Shown one piece after another: positions 27,689 through 37,122 of a stretch of DNA of 64,000 bases. The position numbers were made by a program, and so were the translations under genes. The first letter of the stretch is position 1. Each line of letters begins with the position of its first letter. Below the pieces are notes generated by a model. It was not told the origin of the DNA. It searched no databases and saw nothing but the letters and a program-made list of their open reading frames with translations. Source of the stretch: an uncultured Pseudomonadales bacterium (GTDB taxonomy: Bacteria; Patescibacteriota; Microgenomatia; UBA1400; PJMF01); contig CAZWKL010000005.1 in assembly GCA_964633875.1 (NCBI GenBank), positions 12,412 to 76,411 on the forward strand, in the 5' to 3' direction.

Positions 27689-28972
27689 ATGCCCGCAGCC
27701 AAAGACATCCTCGGTCTCAACTCCCGCAATCAGCTTTTTGTTTCCCTGAATCCCGCCTCTTCGCGGAGTTTTGCTTCCTCCAAGTACGCTACCAAGCTGT
27801 TACTTGATAGCAAAGACATTCCAGTGGCCAAAATCTTCGGTTTGCTGGCCACTAATGAAGATGTCAACGACTTTGACTGGTTTTCTCTCAAGAATAATTT
27901 TGTGATTAAACCCACTAACGGCAGTGCCGGCAAAGGCATTGTGGCTTTCAAAAAACAGCTGCCTGACGGCAAACACTGGCTGGATGTTTTGGACAAAACC
28001 TGGTCGATTGATGATATTTTGTTTCACTGCTACGACATCTTGGATGGGCAGTACAGCACTTGGGGAGCTCAACACAACATTATTGTGGAAGAAAGAATTA
28101 TTACCCACCCAACAATTGCCAAATACTGTCAAAAGGGTACTCCTGACCTTAGGGTGATTGTCTTTAATTCCGTTCCTGTCATGGCTATGCTCAGGCTGCC
28201 AACAGAAGAATCCGAGGGGAGAGCCAATCTGCACCAGGGAGCCATTGGTGCTGGCGTGGATATGACTACTGGCGTCACTACTCACGCTATTACCGGCAAA
28301 GGCAAATCAATCCAATACTTGCCGGGAACCAAAAAGAAACTTAATGGTATTAAAATTCCCAACTGGAAAGACTATTTGCTGACAGCTGTCCAGGCAGCAG
28401 AAGCCGCCCATCTCAAATTTTCCGGCATTGATCTTTTTATCAGTGAAGACAGAGGACCGCTGGTGGTGGAGCTTAACGCCAATCCTGGACTTTCAATCCA
28501 ACTCGCCAACGAAGCCGGACTAAGAAGACGATTGGAAAGAGTAGCTGATCTCCAAGTCCAGAATCCCGAGCATGGTGTCAGGATTGGCCGGTCTTTATTT
28601 GCCACTATTTATGCTGATAAAATTATTTCCCAGGAAGGTTTGGCCGTCGTCAATCCCAAGGAAAAAATTATTGTCTACAGCGATGCCAAAGAGAGAATAG
28701 AAGTACCGGCGCTGCTGCACACCGGCCGCTTTAGGAGTGCGATTTCTTACAGCCTGGCACAAGATTTGGGCCTGCTGGACCCGGAAGACTTGCTTTGGTT
28801 TCAAAGAGAAAAAAGAGAGGGTATGGCTCCTGTAGTAGAAACCACCATTAAAATTAAAGACCGGAAAATCAACACTGCCATGGTTGTTTCCAAGAGACTG
28901 AATAAAACCAAGCATAAAATGGAAATTGGCCGCCGCGATCTAGCTGGCTTTTTAATAGGCACCAGCCAATAA
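27689..28972 (+). CDS. RimK-related ATP-grasp amidoligase (alpha-L-glutamate ligase-like)
   Basis: N-terminus ILGLNSRNQLFVSLNPASSR...DSKDIPVAKIF and central ATP-grasp blocks resemble the alpha-L-glutamate ligase-related family. Glycine-rich loop TNGSAGKGIV. Confidence 0.65.
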   Translation: MPAAKDILGLNSRNQLFVSLNPASSRSFASSKYATKLLLDSKDIPVAKIFGLLATNEDVNDFDWFSLKNNFVIKPTNGSAGKGIVAFKKQLPDGKHWLDVLDKTWSIDDILFHCYDILDGQYSTWGAQHNIIVEERIITHPTIAKYCQKGTPDLRVIVFNSVPVMAMLRLPTEESEGRANLHQGAIGAGVDMTTGVTTHAITGKGKSIQYLPGTKKKLNGIKIPNWKDYLLTAVQAAEAAHLKFSGIDLFISEDRGPLVVELNANPGLSIQLANEAGLRRRLERVADLQVQNPEHGVRIGRSLFATIYADKIISQEGLAVVNPKEKIIVYSDAKERIEVPALLHTGRFRSAISYSLAQDLGLLDPEDLLWFQREKREGMAPVVETTIKIKDRKINTAMVVSKRLNKTKHKMEIGRRDLAGFLIGTSQ

Positions 28973-28977
28973 TTATT

Positions 28978-29958
28978 ATGGGCATTATCCTCGACCTCAT
29001 TCCCACTAACTTAGATTCCGAAAAAGCTAAATTCTACGCTGACGCTCATTACAATCCTCAGTTTACCTATGTTAGGGAATTTACTGATGAAGAGATGAAC
29101 AAGTATGATCATCCCAAAAAAGAGTATTTTGAACATGCTCAAAAAATGCTTGAGCTGTACGGGTTGCCCTTGCTGTCGGGGGAAGTCGAGAGTTTTCCGC
29201 CAGATACACCACCTTACGCAACTCAACAGGAGGTGGAAAACTACCTTCGGGATCTGGTTGGAAAATTGGGCCTTCCCGATCTACCGGTACGTTTTTCCGA
29301 AGAATTTGGCTCCCAGATGATGTTGGTGGGAGGTAGTTTGCACATTCGCCTGCCAATTAAATTTACCACCAACAACCTCAGACATAAGTTGAATCATGAA
29401 ATTCAAACTCACTACTTGCGCCGTTACAACCAAGACTTGCAGGAGTGGAATCTTGAATCGGAAAAAAAAGACCCTCAAGCTTTCAGAACTACCGAAGAAG
29501 GTCTGGCAAATTTGCACTCTTTCGTCGAGCGCCCGGATCCGGTCATGCGTAAAACTTACCTCAATTACTTTGCTGCCTACTTTGGTCATCACGCTTCCTT
29601 CAGGCAACTCTACAACGAACTGATTGCTGTTGGCGTCAATGAACGCCTGGCCTGGAACTTGACGCTGAAACAAAAGCGGGGCTTGAAAGATACCAGCCTG
29701 CCTGGCGGCTGGTCCAAAAACCACATTTATTTTGAAGGCACGGTTAAAGTTTGGCGCTGGCTTGCAGACAGTACCAACGACCCCAGAGCTTTGTACTACG
29801 GCAGGATTACGCTTGAAGATGTGCCGCGCGTGCTTGAGTTGCCTCTTAGCCAAGACATCATTTTTCCGACTTTTTATCAAGACCTCAACTCATACCGGCA
29901 ACTGATTGATGCTATCGGGGAAATCAATAAGCTGTCGGCACTGCCGGTTTTTACCTAA
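28978..29958 (+). CDS. DUF1704 / MATCAP-like metallocarboxypeptidase (QEGLA family; atypical HExxxH)
   Basis: HEIQTH (HExxxH) zinc motif and a TTEEGLANLHSF (QEGLA-like) motif. Conserved neighbourhood with the RimK-like ATP-grasp gene. Confidence 0.6.
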   Translation: MGIILDLIPTNLDSEKAKFYADAHYNPQFTYVREFTDEEMNKYDHPKKEYFEHAQKMLELYGLPLLSGEVESFPPDTPPYATQQEVENYLRDLVGKLGLPDLPVRFSEEFGSQMMLVGGSLHIRLPIKFTTNNLRHKLNHEIQTHYLRRYNQDLQEWNLESEKKDPQAFRTTEEGLANLHSFVERPDPVMRKTYLNYFAAYFGHHASFRQLYNELIAVGVNERLAWNLTLKQKRGLKDTSLPGGWSKNHIYFEGTVKVWRWLADSTNDPRALYYGRITLEDVPRVLELPLSQDIIFPTFYQDLNSYRQLIDAIGEINKLSALPVFT

Positions 29959-30007
29959 AAAAGAACAGACTGATGTATAAAATTGTGATTTTAGACTGAG
30001 GAGCCTG

Positions 30008-30754
30008 ATGATTTTTCCGTTGTATAAACCTCTGGGGCAGTCTGCTCACTTGTTAGCTCAAGCCGCAGGGAAGAGACGGGGTGAAAAAGCGACGCACACC
30101 GGCACTTTGGACCCCATGGCAGAAGGAGTTTTACTAGTTTTGACCGGCGAGGACCGGTTTAAAAAAGGCTCGCTGAGTGAATATGCCAAAATTTACGAAT
30201 TTGCGGCTCTGCTGGGGGTGAGTACTGATTCCAATGACCTGCTGGGACTGGTGACGGCAGTTGAAAAAGGCGGGTTTTCTTTGGATGAAGTTAAGTTGCG
30301 GGCAGCTGCTCAAACATTTGCCGGCCGGCAACAACAAAGATTGCCGGATTTTTCAGCCAAAAGAAGCGGAGGCGAGAGCTACTTTGATCTTGCTAAAGCC
30401 GGTAGAAAACCGCCTGCGGCTTATGAAGAAATAGAAATTTACTCTCTTGAGTTGGCTAAGCTCAAAAAAATATCTGCTCAGCAACTGAAGCAGGCGCTAA
30501 CCCAAAAAATCAAGCTGGTTGAAGGAGATTTCCGGCAGCTGGAAATATTAGACCGCTGGCAACAATTTTTCCTCCAAGATGCCCCGGAAAGCTTTTGGCT
30601 GGCTTCCTTTACTGCTCAAGTTTCCAAGCGGACATATATTAGGGCGCTAGTGAGAGATTTGGGAGCTAAACTTGGTATTCCCACCACTACTTTTAGCCTG
30701 GTCCGCACTGCTAATGGTCCTTACACCATCGCGGATTGCCTCTGCCTGATATAA
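30008..30754 (+). CDS. truB: tRNA pseudouridine synthase (TruB-like)
   Basis: KATHTGTLDPMAEGVLLVL contains the catalytic Asp of GTLDP. Overall similarity to the TruB N-terminal half. Confidence 0.75.
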   Translation: MIFPLYKPLGQSAHLLAQAAGKRRGEKATHTGTLDPMAEGVLLVLTGEDRFKKGSLSEYAKIYEFAALLGVSTDSNDLLGLVTAVEKGGFSLDEVKLRAAAQTFAGRQQQRLPDFSAKRSGGESYFDLAKAGRKPPAAYEEIEIYSLELAKLKKISAQQLKQALTQKIKLVEGDFRQLEILDRWQQFFLQDAPESFWLASFTAQVSKRTYIRALVRDLGAKLGIPTTTFSLVRTANGPYTIADCLCLI

Positions 30755-30766
30755 TAATGCCCCTAA

Positions 30767-31939
30767 ATGACCGGAAAACAAACCAAATACCAATCAAATA
30801 AGGTTCAAGCTTCACACCGGCAGCCGAAAATTAAGGTTGCGGTGGGAATGTCTGGCGGGGTTGATTCATCGCTGGCTGCCCATTTGCTGGTAGAGCAGGG
30901 GTATGATGTCACCGGAGTTTTTCTGGAGTGTTGGCGCGCACCCGGCTGCCGCAGTGATGAGGACCGTAAAGATGCCCTGGAAGTGGCGCTGGGTTTAAAC
31001 GTTCCTTTCAAAGTTTTGGATTTTAAAGCAGCTTACCGCCAACAAGTGGTGGAAAACTTCTTTGCCGAGTACGAAGCCGGCCGGACTCCCAACCCAGACG
31101 TGCTTTGCAACAAAGAAATCAAGTTTGGCCTGTTTTATGACTGGGCCATGAGTGAGGGTTTTGATTATATTGCCACCGGACATTATGCCAAAAAAGTGGC
31201 AATTGAGGCGCAAAATTTCCTGGCCATTCCTGCTGATCACGCTAAAGATCAGACTTATTTTATGCACTTGATCACTCAAAACCAACTTGATCACACTATT
31301 TTTCCTCTGCAGGAACTTAACAAAAATCAGGTTCGCACCGAAGCCAAAAAAAGAAAGATTCATGTGGCGGAGAAAAAAGATTCTGTCGGCATTTGTTTTA
31401 TCGGCGATATCAACGTGCATGATTTCCTCGAGGAGAGGCTCGGGAAAAATCCGGGCGAGGTGGTTGATACTCAAGGTAACGTCATTGGCGCTCATCAAGG
31501 GTTATGGTTTTATACTGTCGGCCAACGCAGCGGTTTTACCGTTAACCAAACTAGCCTGGTCAAACACACTGACGGCTCCACCATTACTAAACACAACATC
31601 CCGCCTTTTTATGTGATTGGTAAGGATGCAGAGAAAAACCAGCTGGTGGTTGGGTTTGGGAGCAAGACTTTTAGGGACGAGTTTAGTATTTCCGGGCTGC
31701 ACCTTATCGACCCAAAAAGTTCGTCTGTTTTGCGCGAAGAAAGGCTGAAAGTTAGAATCCGTCACACCGGCGAGTTAATTCCTTGCCAAGTTGAGGGCAA
31801 TTCTAAAGTTATTTTGGAGAAACCGACTAAAGGCATCGCGGCAGGGCAGAGCGCGGTGTTTTATCAGCAGACCGGGAATGAGATTATTTGTCTTGGGGGT
31901 GGGGTGATTGAGTTTGGTATTGAGGATCTACACGCATAA
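30767..31939 (+). CDS. mnmA: tRNA-specific 2-thiouridylase
   Basis: PP-loop KVAVGMSGGVDSS and MnmA-typical central and C-terminal blocks. Confidence 0.9.
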   Translation: MTGKQTKYQSNKVQASHRQPKIKVAVGMSGGVDSSLAAHLLVEQGYDVTGVFLECWRAPGCRSDEDRKDALEVALGLNVPFKVLDFKAAYRQQVVENFFAEYEAGRTPNPDVLCNKEIKFGLFYDWAMSEGFDYIATGHYAKKVAIEAQNFLAIPADHAKDQTYFMHLITQNQLDHTIFPLQELNKNQVRTEAKKRKIHVAEKKDSVGICFIGDINVHDFLEERLGKNPGEVVDTQGNVIGAHQGLWFYTVGQRSGFTVNQTSLVKHTDGSTITKHNIPPFYVIGKDAEKNQLVVGFGSKTFRDEFSISGLHLIDPKSSSVLREERLKVRIRHTGELIPCQVEGNSKVILEKPTKGIAAGQSAVFYQQTGNEIICLGGGVIEFGIEDLHA

Positions 31940-32879
31940 GCATTTCAATCAACCTCAACTTGAAAAATGTCCTGGTGTTAAGTAGCGCATCTTTCCATCT
32001 GTCGGGGCCTTTATCAGCCATTACTCTTTGTTCATGTTTATAACTATCTTCTAATCCTTTACCTATAAGAAACCGGGTGGGAACACCACCAATGCTGATA
32101 CCTCTCACATCTGCTGGTGATTCAACTAAACGTTGTTTGGGATTTCCTGCTTGGTCCACCTCTTCTTCATTGTACATAGACACCACTTCGCCATTTTCGT
32201 TCACTCGGATACTTTGAAGAGTTTCAACATCAGTCTCCCCATCCCTGTCTACTTTTCCGCTCAAGCCACTAAATAAATGGGCATCTATTACTTCTTTCCC
32301 AGCTTCGTCTAAGATACTAAATTGTCTAAACAAGTATGAAGTAAGCCCTCTCGGATGCGGTTCGGCATTACTTTCATTAATTGTTGATAACTTGATAATT
32401 CCTTTTTCATTCAGTTCTTTTAGGGCAGCCTCAACTTCTTCCAACATATCCACTGGGACCAGTAAATCAACATCATTAAATGTGTCTCCCTCTACTCCGA
32501 ACTCTTCTTGATGCACCATTTCGACAGGAATCAAATGCCCTTGATGTAGGCTTAAAGCCCATAAATAAATAGCTACAGATCGAGTAATAACCAAGGGCAC
32601 ATCATGTTTTTCAAAAACTTCTTGCACAGGACCTATAATTTTTAATAGACGTTTTAAGACCTCATAGAGAGCGTATTCTTTCTCGATTTTCCGAACTTTT
32701 TCTTCTGGAATACCTGGCTCATGTCTCAAATCAGAAACTAGTTCAAATTCAGGAAACTTAGGAGAGAAATCTGGTTCTTGGGACAAATCAGGTGCTGGTA
32801 TTTCGCGCACTAACGTAAGTCCTGGCACTGCAGACCCTTGTTCTCGATTTTCATCCACAGGACCATCTATTTCTGACAT
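31884..32879 (-). CDS. hypothetical acidic protein with possible minimal nucleotidyltransferase-like motif
   Basis: FGVEGDTFNDVDLLV resembles the hG[GS]x(n)DhD core of Pol-beta-like NTases. The N-terminus is acidic. Convergent 56 nt overlap with mnmA. The local sequence looks AT-richer than the surroundings. Confidence 0.5.
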   Translation of the reverse strand: MSEIDGPVDENREQGSAVPGLTLVREIPAPDLSQEPDFSPKFPEFELVSDLRHEPGIPEEKVRKIEKEYALYEVLKRLLKIIGPVQEVFEKHDVPLVITRSVAIYLWALSLHQGHLIPVEMVHQEEFGVEGDTFNDVDLLVPVDMLEEVEAALKELNEKGIIKLSTINESNAEPHPRGLTSYLFRQFSILDEAGKEVIDAHLFSGLSGKVDRDGETDVETLQSIRVNENGEVVSMYNEEEVDQAGNPKQRLVESPADVRGISIGGVPTRFLIGKGLEDSYKHEQRVMADKGPDRWKDALLNTRTFFKLRLIEMLMRVDPQYQTQSPHPQDK

Positions 32880-32946
32880 ATAGATTTATTCTTACACAAA
32901 GTAAATAATGAAGTCCAGCAGCAGTAAATTCGTTAACAAAACACTC

Positions 32947-32974
32947 TTGACAATCACTTGCCAGATGTTAAGAT
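32947..32974 (+). promoter_or_regulatory. putative sigma70-like rRNA promoter
   Basis: TTGACA (32947-52), about 16 nt spacer, TAAGAT. It lies about 500 nt upstream of 16S and is followed by a GC hairpin and a boxA-like AAACAATTTA. Confidence 0.35.
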
Positions 32975-33377
32975 ATAAATCCTCATAGAGATCAAGTCTC
33001 CGCCAACTGGCGGACGAAACTAGTCTCCCCAAACAATTTAAGTTGTGCATTAGCCAAGATGATAGAGAGAATCAAACCTCTCTGTTTTTTGCTGATTCAA
33101 TTGGGAAAAGAGGATTGGCGGTAATTTAAGACCGCCCAGCTATTTAAAAAGTGAATATCTGACATAAACATGGTGGTAGAACCGCGACACAAAAGTGTGA
33201 GAAGCGGAACACTATCATGTTTTTTATGACAGTGATCCGTCATATTTGAACTTTGAGTTCAGTAAAGACTGCGAGTAATTCGCAGCACAAATACGTATAA
33301 CGTAAACACAATGAGCACAAATTCAAACCTCAATTAAGTCAATAGCTTTTTAGACTTCGGTTTAAAAAGTTAAAGAA

Positions 33378-33440
33378 ATTCTTTATGAGAGTTTGATCCG
33401 CCGCAGGCGGATGAACGCTGGCCAGCTTTTGCCGGTCCAA
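33378..33440 (+). other. degenerate duplicate of the 16S 5' end carrying a TCCGCC-GCA-GGCGGA hairpin (leader 'decoy')
   Basis: TTTATGAGAGTTTGATCC and GGATGAACGCTGG are identical to 16S positions 1 to about 40 at 33466 onward. The native CTGGCTCAGG is replaced by GCCGCAGGCGG, which keeps a hairpin. Confidence 0.7.
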
Positions 33441-33473
33441 CGTAACAAACAATCATGAAGACAGCTTTTTTAT

Positions 33474-33509
<36 letters not shown>

Positions 33510-34505
33510 TGTGCCTTAGGCATGCAAGTCGAACGGGAAGTCTCCTTCGGGAGACAGAGAGTGGCAGACGGGTGAGTAACGCGTAGGAATCTACCCAGTA
33601 GTGGGGAATAGCCCACCGAAAGGTGGGGTAATACCGCATACGATCGCAAGATGAAATCTACCGCAAGGTGGAGCTATTGGAGGAGCCTGCGTGCTATCAG
33701 CTAGTTGGTGGGGTAATGGCCTACCAAGGCGACGACGGCTAGCCGATGTGAGAGCATGATCGGCCACAAGGCTACTGAGACACGGAGCCTACACCTACGG
33801 GTGGCAGCAACCGGGAATATTGCGCAATGGACGAAAGTCTGACGCAGCGACACCGCGTGTGGGAAGACGCTCTTCGGAGTGTAAACCACTGTGGCGAGGG
33901 ATGAAGTTCTGACAGTACCTCGCTAGAAAGCACCAGCTAACTACGTGCCAGAAGCTTCGGTAATACGTGGGGTGCAAGCGTTATCCGGATTTACTGGGCG
34001 TAAAGGGTCCGTCGGCGTCCCTGTAAGTCTCTTGTTCAAGCCCGAGGCTCAACTTCGGAAAGGCAAGGGAAACTGCAAGGATAGAGTTTGTTCGAGGAAA
34101 CTAGAATTCTTGGTGGAGGGGTGAAATCCGTAGATATCAAGAGGAATACCATGCGCGAAGGCAGGTTTCTAGGACATAACTGACGCTCAGGGACGAAAGC
34201 TTGGGTAGCAAATGGGATTAGAGACCCCAGTAGTCCAAGCTGTAAACATTCCTTGCTAGTTGTCCGCCTTTGGGTGGATGACGTAAGCTAACGCGTTAAG
34301 CAAGGCGCCTGGGGAGTACGACCGCAAGGTTAAAACTCAAAGGAATTGACGGGGGAGCGCACAACCGGTGGAGCATGTGGTTTAATTCGATACAAAGCGA
34401 AAAACCTTACCCGGATTTGACATGTACCTGCACGTCTGCCGAAAGGCAGACTTCTTCGAGAGTGGTACACAGGTGATGCATGGCTGTCGTCAGCTCGTGT
34501 CGTGA

Positions 34506-35393
34506 ACAAAAAACTCGCGACCCGTACTAGAAATGGTACGAGAAAAATCTGGCTCATATCGGTGAAGTCCGGTTATCGCAAACTGTTTGCAAGGAAATTC
34601 TTGTAAACTTGCCATAATGGATAATACCGAGGGAAGTCGGGTAATTACGAGTGTCTTTAGAGCTCGGAAAAATCTTGAGCTCTGTTTAACTAATCGTCAA
34701 ATGTCCATAGTTCTAGGTTCAATTCTCGGTGACGCTTATGTCCATCCAAAAGGAAAAATCTGCTTTGAACACTCAGAGCAGCAAAAAAATTACCTTTTAT
34801 GGAAGTATGTAGAACTAAAGAATTTAGCTTATCCTCAAGTAGCAAAAGTTACTCGTAAGGATAGGCGGAACAACAAACAGACAATTAGTTGGCGGTTCTT
34901 CTTGAGGCAATATTTTCGCCCCCTGAGAGCTGCTTTCTATTTCAAAGGCAAAAAAGTAGTACCAGATGATCTTAATCTTTGGTTTACGCCCTTGCTTTTG
35001 TCGGTCTGGTACATGGATGACGGATACCTTGATCAAGGAAAATACCCAGTTTTTATGACTGAGTGCTTTGATAACAAAAATATAAGTCTTCTAACAGAAA
35101 TGTTAAGAGAAATATTTAAACTGCAAAGCATTATTACTTCCAAGAACAGGATCCGTATAGTTAGTAAAAGCAGAACACAATTCTTTTCACTGATAGAGCC
35201 GCATATTACTAAAGACCTCAAATATAAATTACCCTGACCCCGTAACGACTGGAAGCCGCTTATCAGGCGGTGGAAGATCCGCCCCAGGCGGATAACACGC
35301 CAGCCCCTATTTTCTGTAATTGATTTCTGTAATTGATTATAGAAAAAGGGTGAAGGTATAGTCTGGCATTTAGAGTAATCTAGATGGTTTTGG
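34506..35393 (+). mobile_element. 16S intron 1 (about 0.9 kb, probably group I) with homing endonuclease ORF
   Basis: The sequence between 16S exon GTCGTGA and the resumption GACGTCTATTTAAGTATAGTAACGAGCGCAACCC. Boundaries are approximate to within a few nt. Confidence 0.7.
34587..35237 (+). CDS. LAGLIDADG homing endonuclease (double-motif) encoded in 16S intron 1
   Basis: Motifs LGSILGDAYV and VWYMDDGYL. The start may be internal (MSIVLGSILGDAY). Confidence 0.8.
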   Translation: MQGNSCKLAIMDNTEGSRVITSVFRARKNLELCLTNRQMSIVLGSILGDAYVHPKGKICFEHSEQQKNYLLWKYVELKNLAYPQVAKVTRKDRRNNKQTISWRFFLRQYFRPLRAAFYFKGKKVVPDDLNLWFTPLLLSVWYMDDGYLDQGKYPVFMTECFDNKNISLLTEMLREIFKLQSIITSKNRIRIVSKSRTQFFSLIEPHITKDLKYKLP

Positions 35394-35700
35394 AGACGTC
35401 TATTTAAGTATAGTAACGAGCGCAACCCTTGCCGTATGTTATACGTGTCATGCGGGACTGCCTGTGCATTGCACAGGAGGAAGGAGAGGACGACGTCAAG
35501 TCAGCATGTCCCTTACATCCGGGGCTACACACATCCTACAATGGGGTAGACAACAGGTATAGCAACAGCGCGAGCTAGAGCCAATCCTCTAAACTACTCC
35601 TCAGTTCGGATTGGAGGCTGCAATTCGCCTCCATGAAGCCGGAATCGGTAGTAATCGCAAATCAGCAGGTTGCGGTGAATACGTTCTCGCTCCTTGTACA

Positions 35701-36606
35701 AATAAATATGCGCCTTCCGCGCATACTATCCAGTTAGTTTAAATCTAACGTGTCATAAGCAAGTAGACACAAGCAAAATTGCAAGCCTATCCGGGTAACC
35801 GGCAGGCTGAAGGGCAAAAGTAGCGGTGGTCAGCTTGGAGTTTAAACGGCATAGTGCTGTGAGGATCCTGCGTACAACTGGAGAACTCACTTGCTAACAC
35901 AAACAGCACTCTGTATGTGGGCTCGAGATGATCGCGAATGGATAGTATGTGAACGAAGGGAGATCCTGTTTGCTCTCTATTTGATGCAAAGAAAATAGAG
36001 TATAGTGAAGGTAACAACACTAAATTAGTAAGCAGGAAGTCTGCAGAGGTCATAGTATCAGCGCCTTGGCGTTGAGAAGGACCAAACTTAGTGTCATGAA
36101 ATTGTCTCCTGAATATGTGTGCGGGTTTGTTGATGGCGAAGGTTGCTTCACTATCACCATTGCCAAGCACAAACAGAAAAAACTCGGCATCGATGCCCGT
36201 CTTCATTTTGAGATTGAAGTGCGAGCAGATGATATTGAAATTCTGAGAAGAATTCAAGAAACGCTGGAGTGTGGCAGAATATATCATCTCAATTATGAGA
36301 GGTATGGCTGGCATCCCCATGCAGAATTCAAGGTTTCTTCTTTAAAGGACATTAGAGAAAAAGTAATACCATTCTTTCAAAGGTATCCACTTCAGGCAAA
36401 GAAAAAGGTTGCTTTTGACCAATTCGTTAAAGCAGCAAAGATTTTTGCCGAAAAGCGACACCTAACCTCAGAAGGTATTAAAGAATTAAAACAAATCAGG
36501 AAACAAATGAATATATATAGACACCAAGGGTTCGCCACGGTGCGGGAAAACCGCGCGCCGGGCGGCGAGAGACACATGAATCAGTGATGACATGATGATC
36601 TCAGAA
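35701..36606 (+). mobile_element. 16S intron 2 (about 0.9 kb) with homing endonuclease ORF
   Basis: Insertion between CCTTGTACA and CACTGCCCGTCAAGCC. Boundaries are approximate. Confidence 0.7.
36096..36587 (+). CDS. LAGLIDADG homing endonuclease (single-motif) encoded in 16S intron 2
   Basis: CGFVDGEGCFTITI is the LAGLIDADG motif. The ORF track extends the start to 36066. Confidence 0.8.
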   Translation: MKLSPEYVCGFVDGEGCFTITIAKHKQKKLGIDARLHFEIEVRADDIEILRRIQETLECGRIYHLNYERYGWHPHAEFKVSSLKDIREKVIPFFQRYPLQAKKKVAFDQFVKAAKIFAEKRHLTSEGIKELKQIRKQMNIYRHQGFATVRENRAPGGERHMNQ

Positions 36607-37122
36607 CACTGCCCGTCAAGCCAGCAAAGTCAGCAACGCCCGAAGCGGGTGACCGTAATTATCTTTTGATGAAGCGGCCCTTCTACGGCGAGGTTGGCGA
36701 TGAGGACTAAGTCGTAACAAGGTATCCGTACTGGAAGGTGCGGATGGATCACCTCCTTTCTAAGGAGATGGGTAGGAGCAATCACGACCTCCTGTTTCCC
36801 GCGCTTAGTAATAAGCGCAAAACAAATTAAAAAAATCCCGTGGCTATCATACCCGGGCCGTGTCCGCCGGAAGCGGATCGGCTCTACCACCATGTTTGTG
36901 TCAGAATTCACTTAAACATTTTCCAAACTTTTGTTAATTTCAGCAAGAATTGGTCAAGCCAGTGAGCTAGTTTAATGATATCTTCTATATCAAAACATAT
37001 CTTTATACATCATTTTTCCTTGATACATCAACCAGAAAAATTTCAGCCGCAATTTAGCAGTCTTTTTTCTTGTCTGCTAATTACTACTTCACACCATCTC
37101 ATAATCTAGTTACAATAACTGA

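Noticed and set aside
31884-32879. CD-NTase/CBASS or MNT-HEPN toxin-antitoxin interpretation of the orphan NTase-like gene
   Set aside because: No adjacent effector, HEPN or other partner ORF. The motif match is short and could be fortuitous. I kept it only as a low-confidence note.
36840-36900. Possible tRNA in the 16S trailer (sequence ending ...CTACCACCA)
   Set aside because: No acceptor/D/anticodon/T-arm cloverleaf could be built. The region is better explained by the TCCGC-CGGAA-GCGGA trailer hairpin.
36630-36911. 93 aa ORF (-) across the 16S 3' end
   Set aside because: It overlaps the rRNA 3' terminus (anti-SD region) and is antisense to it.
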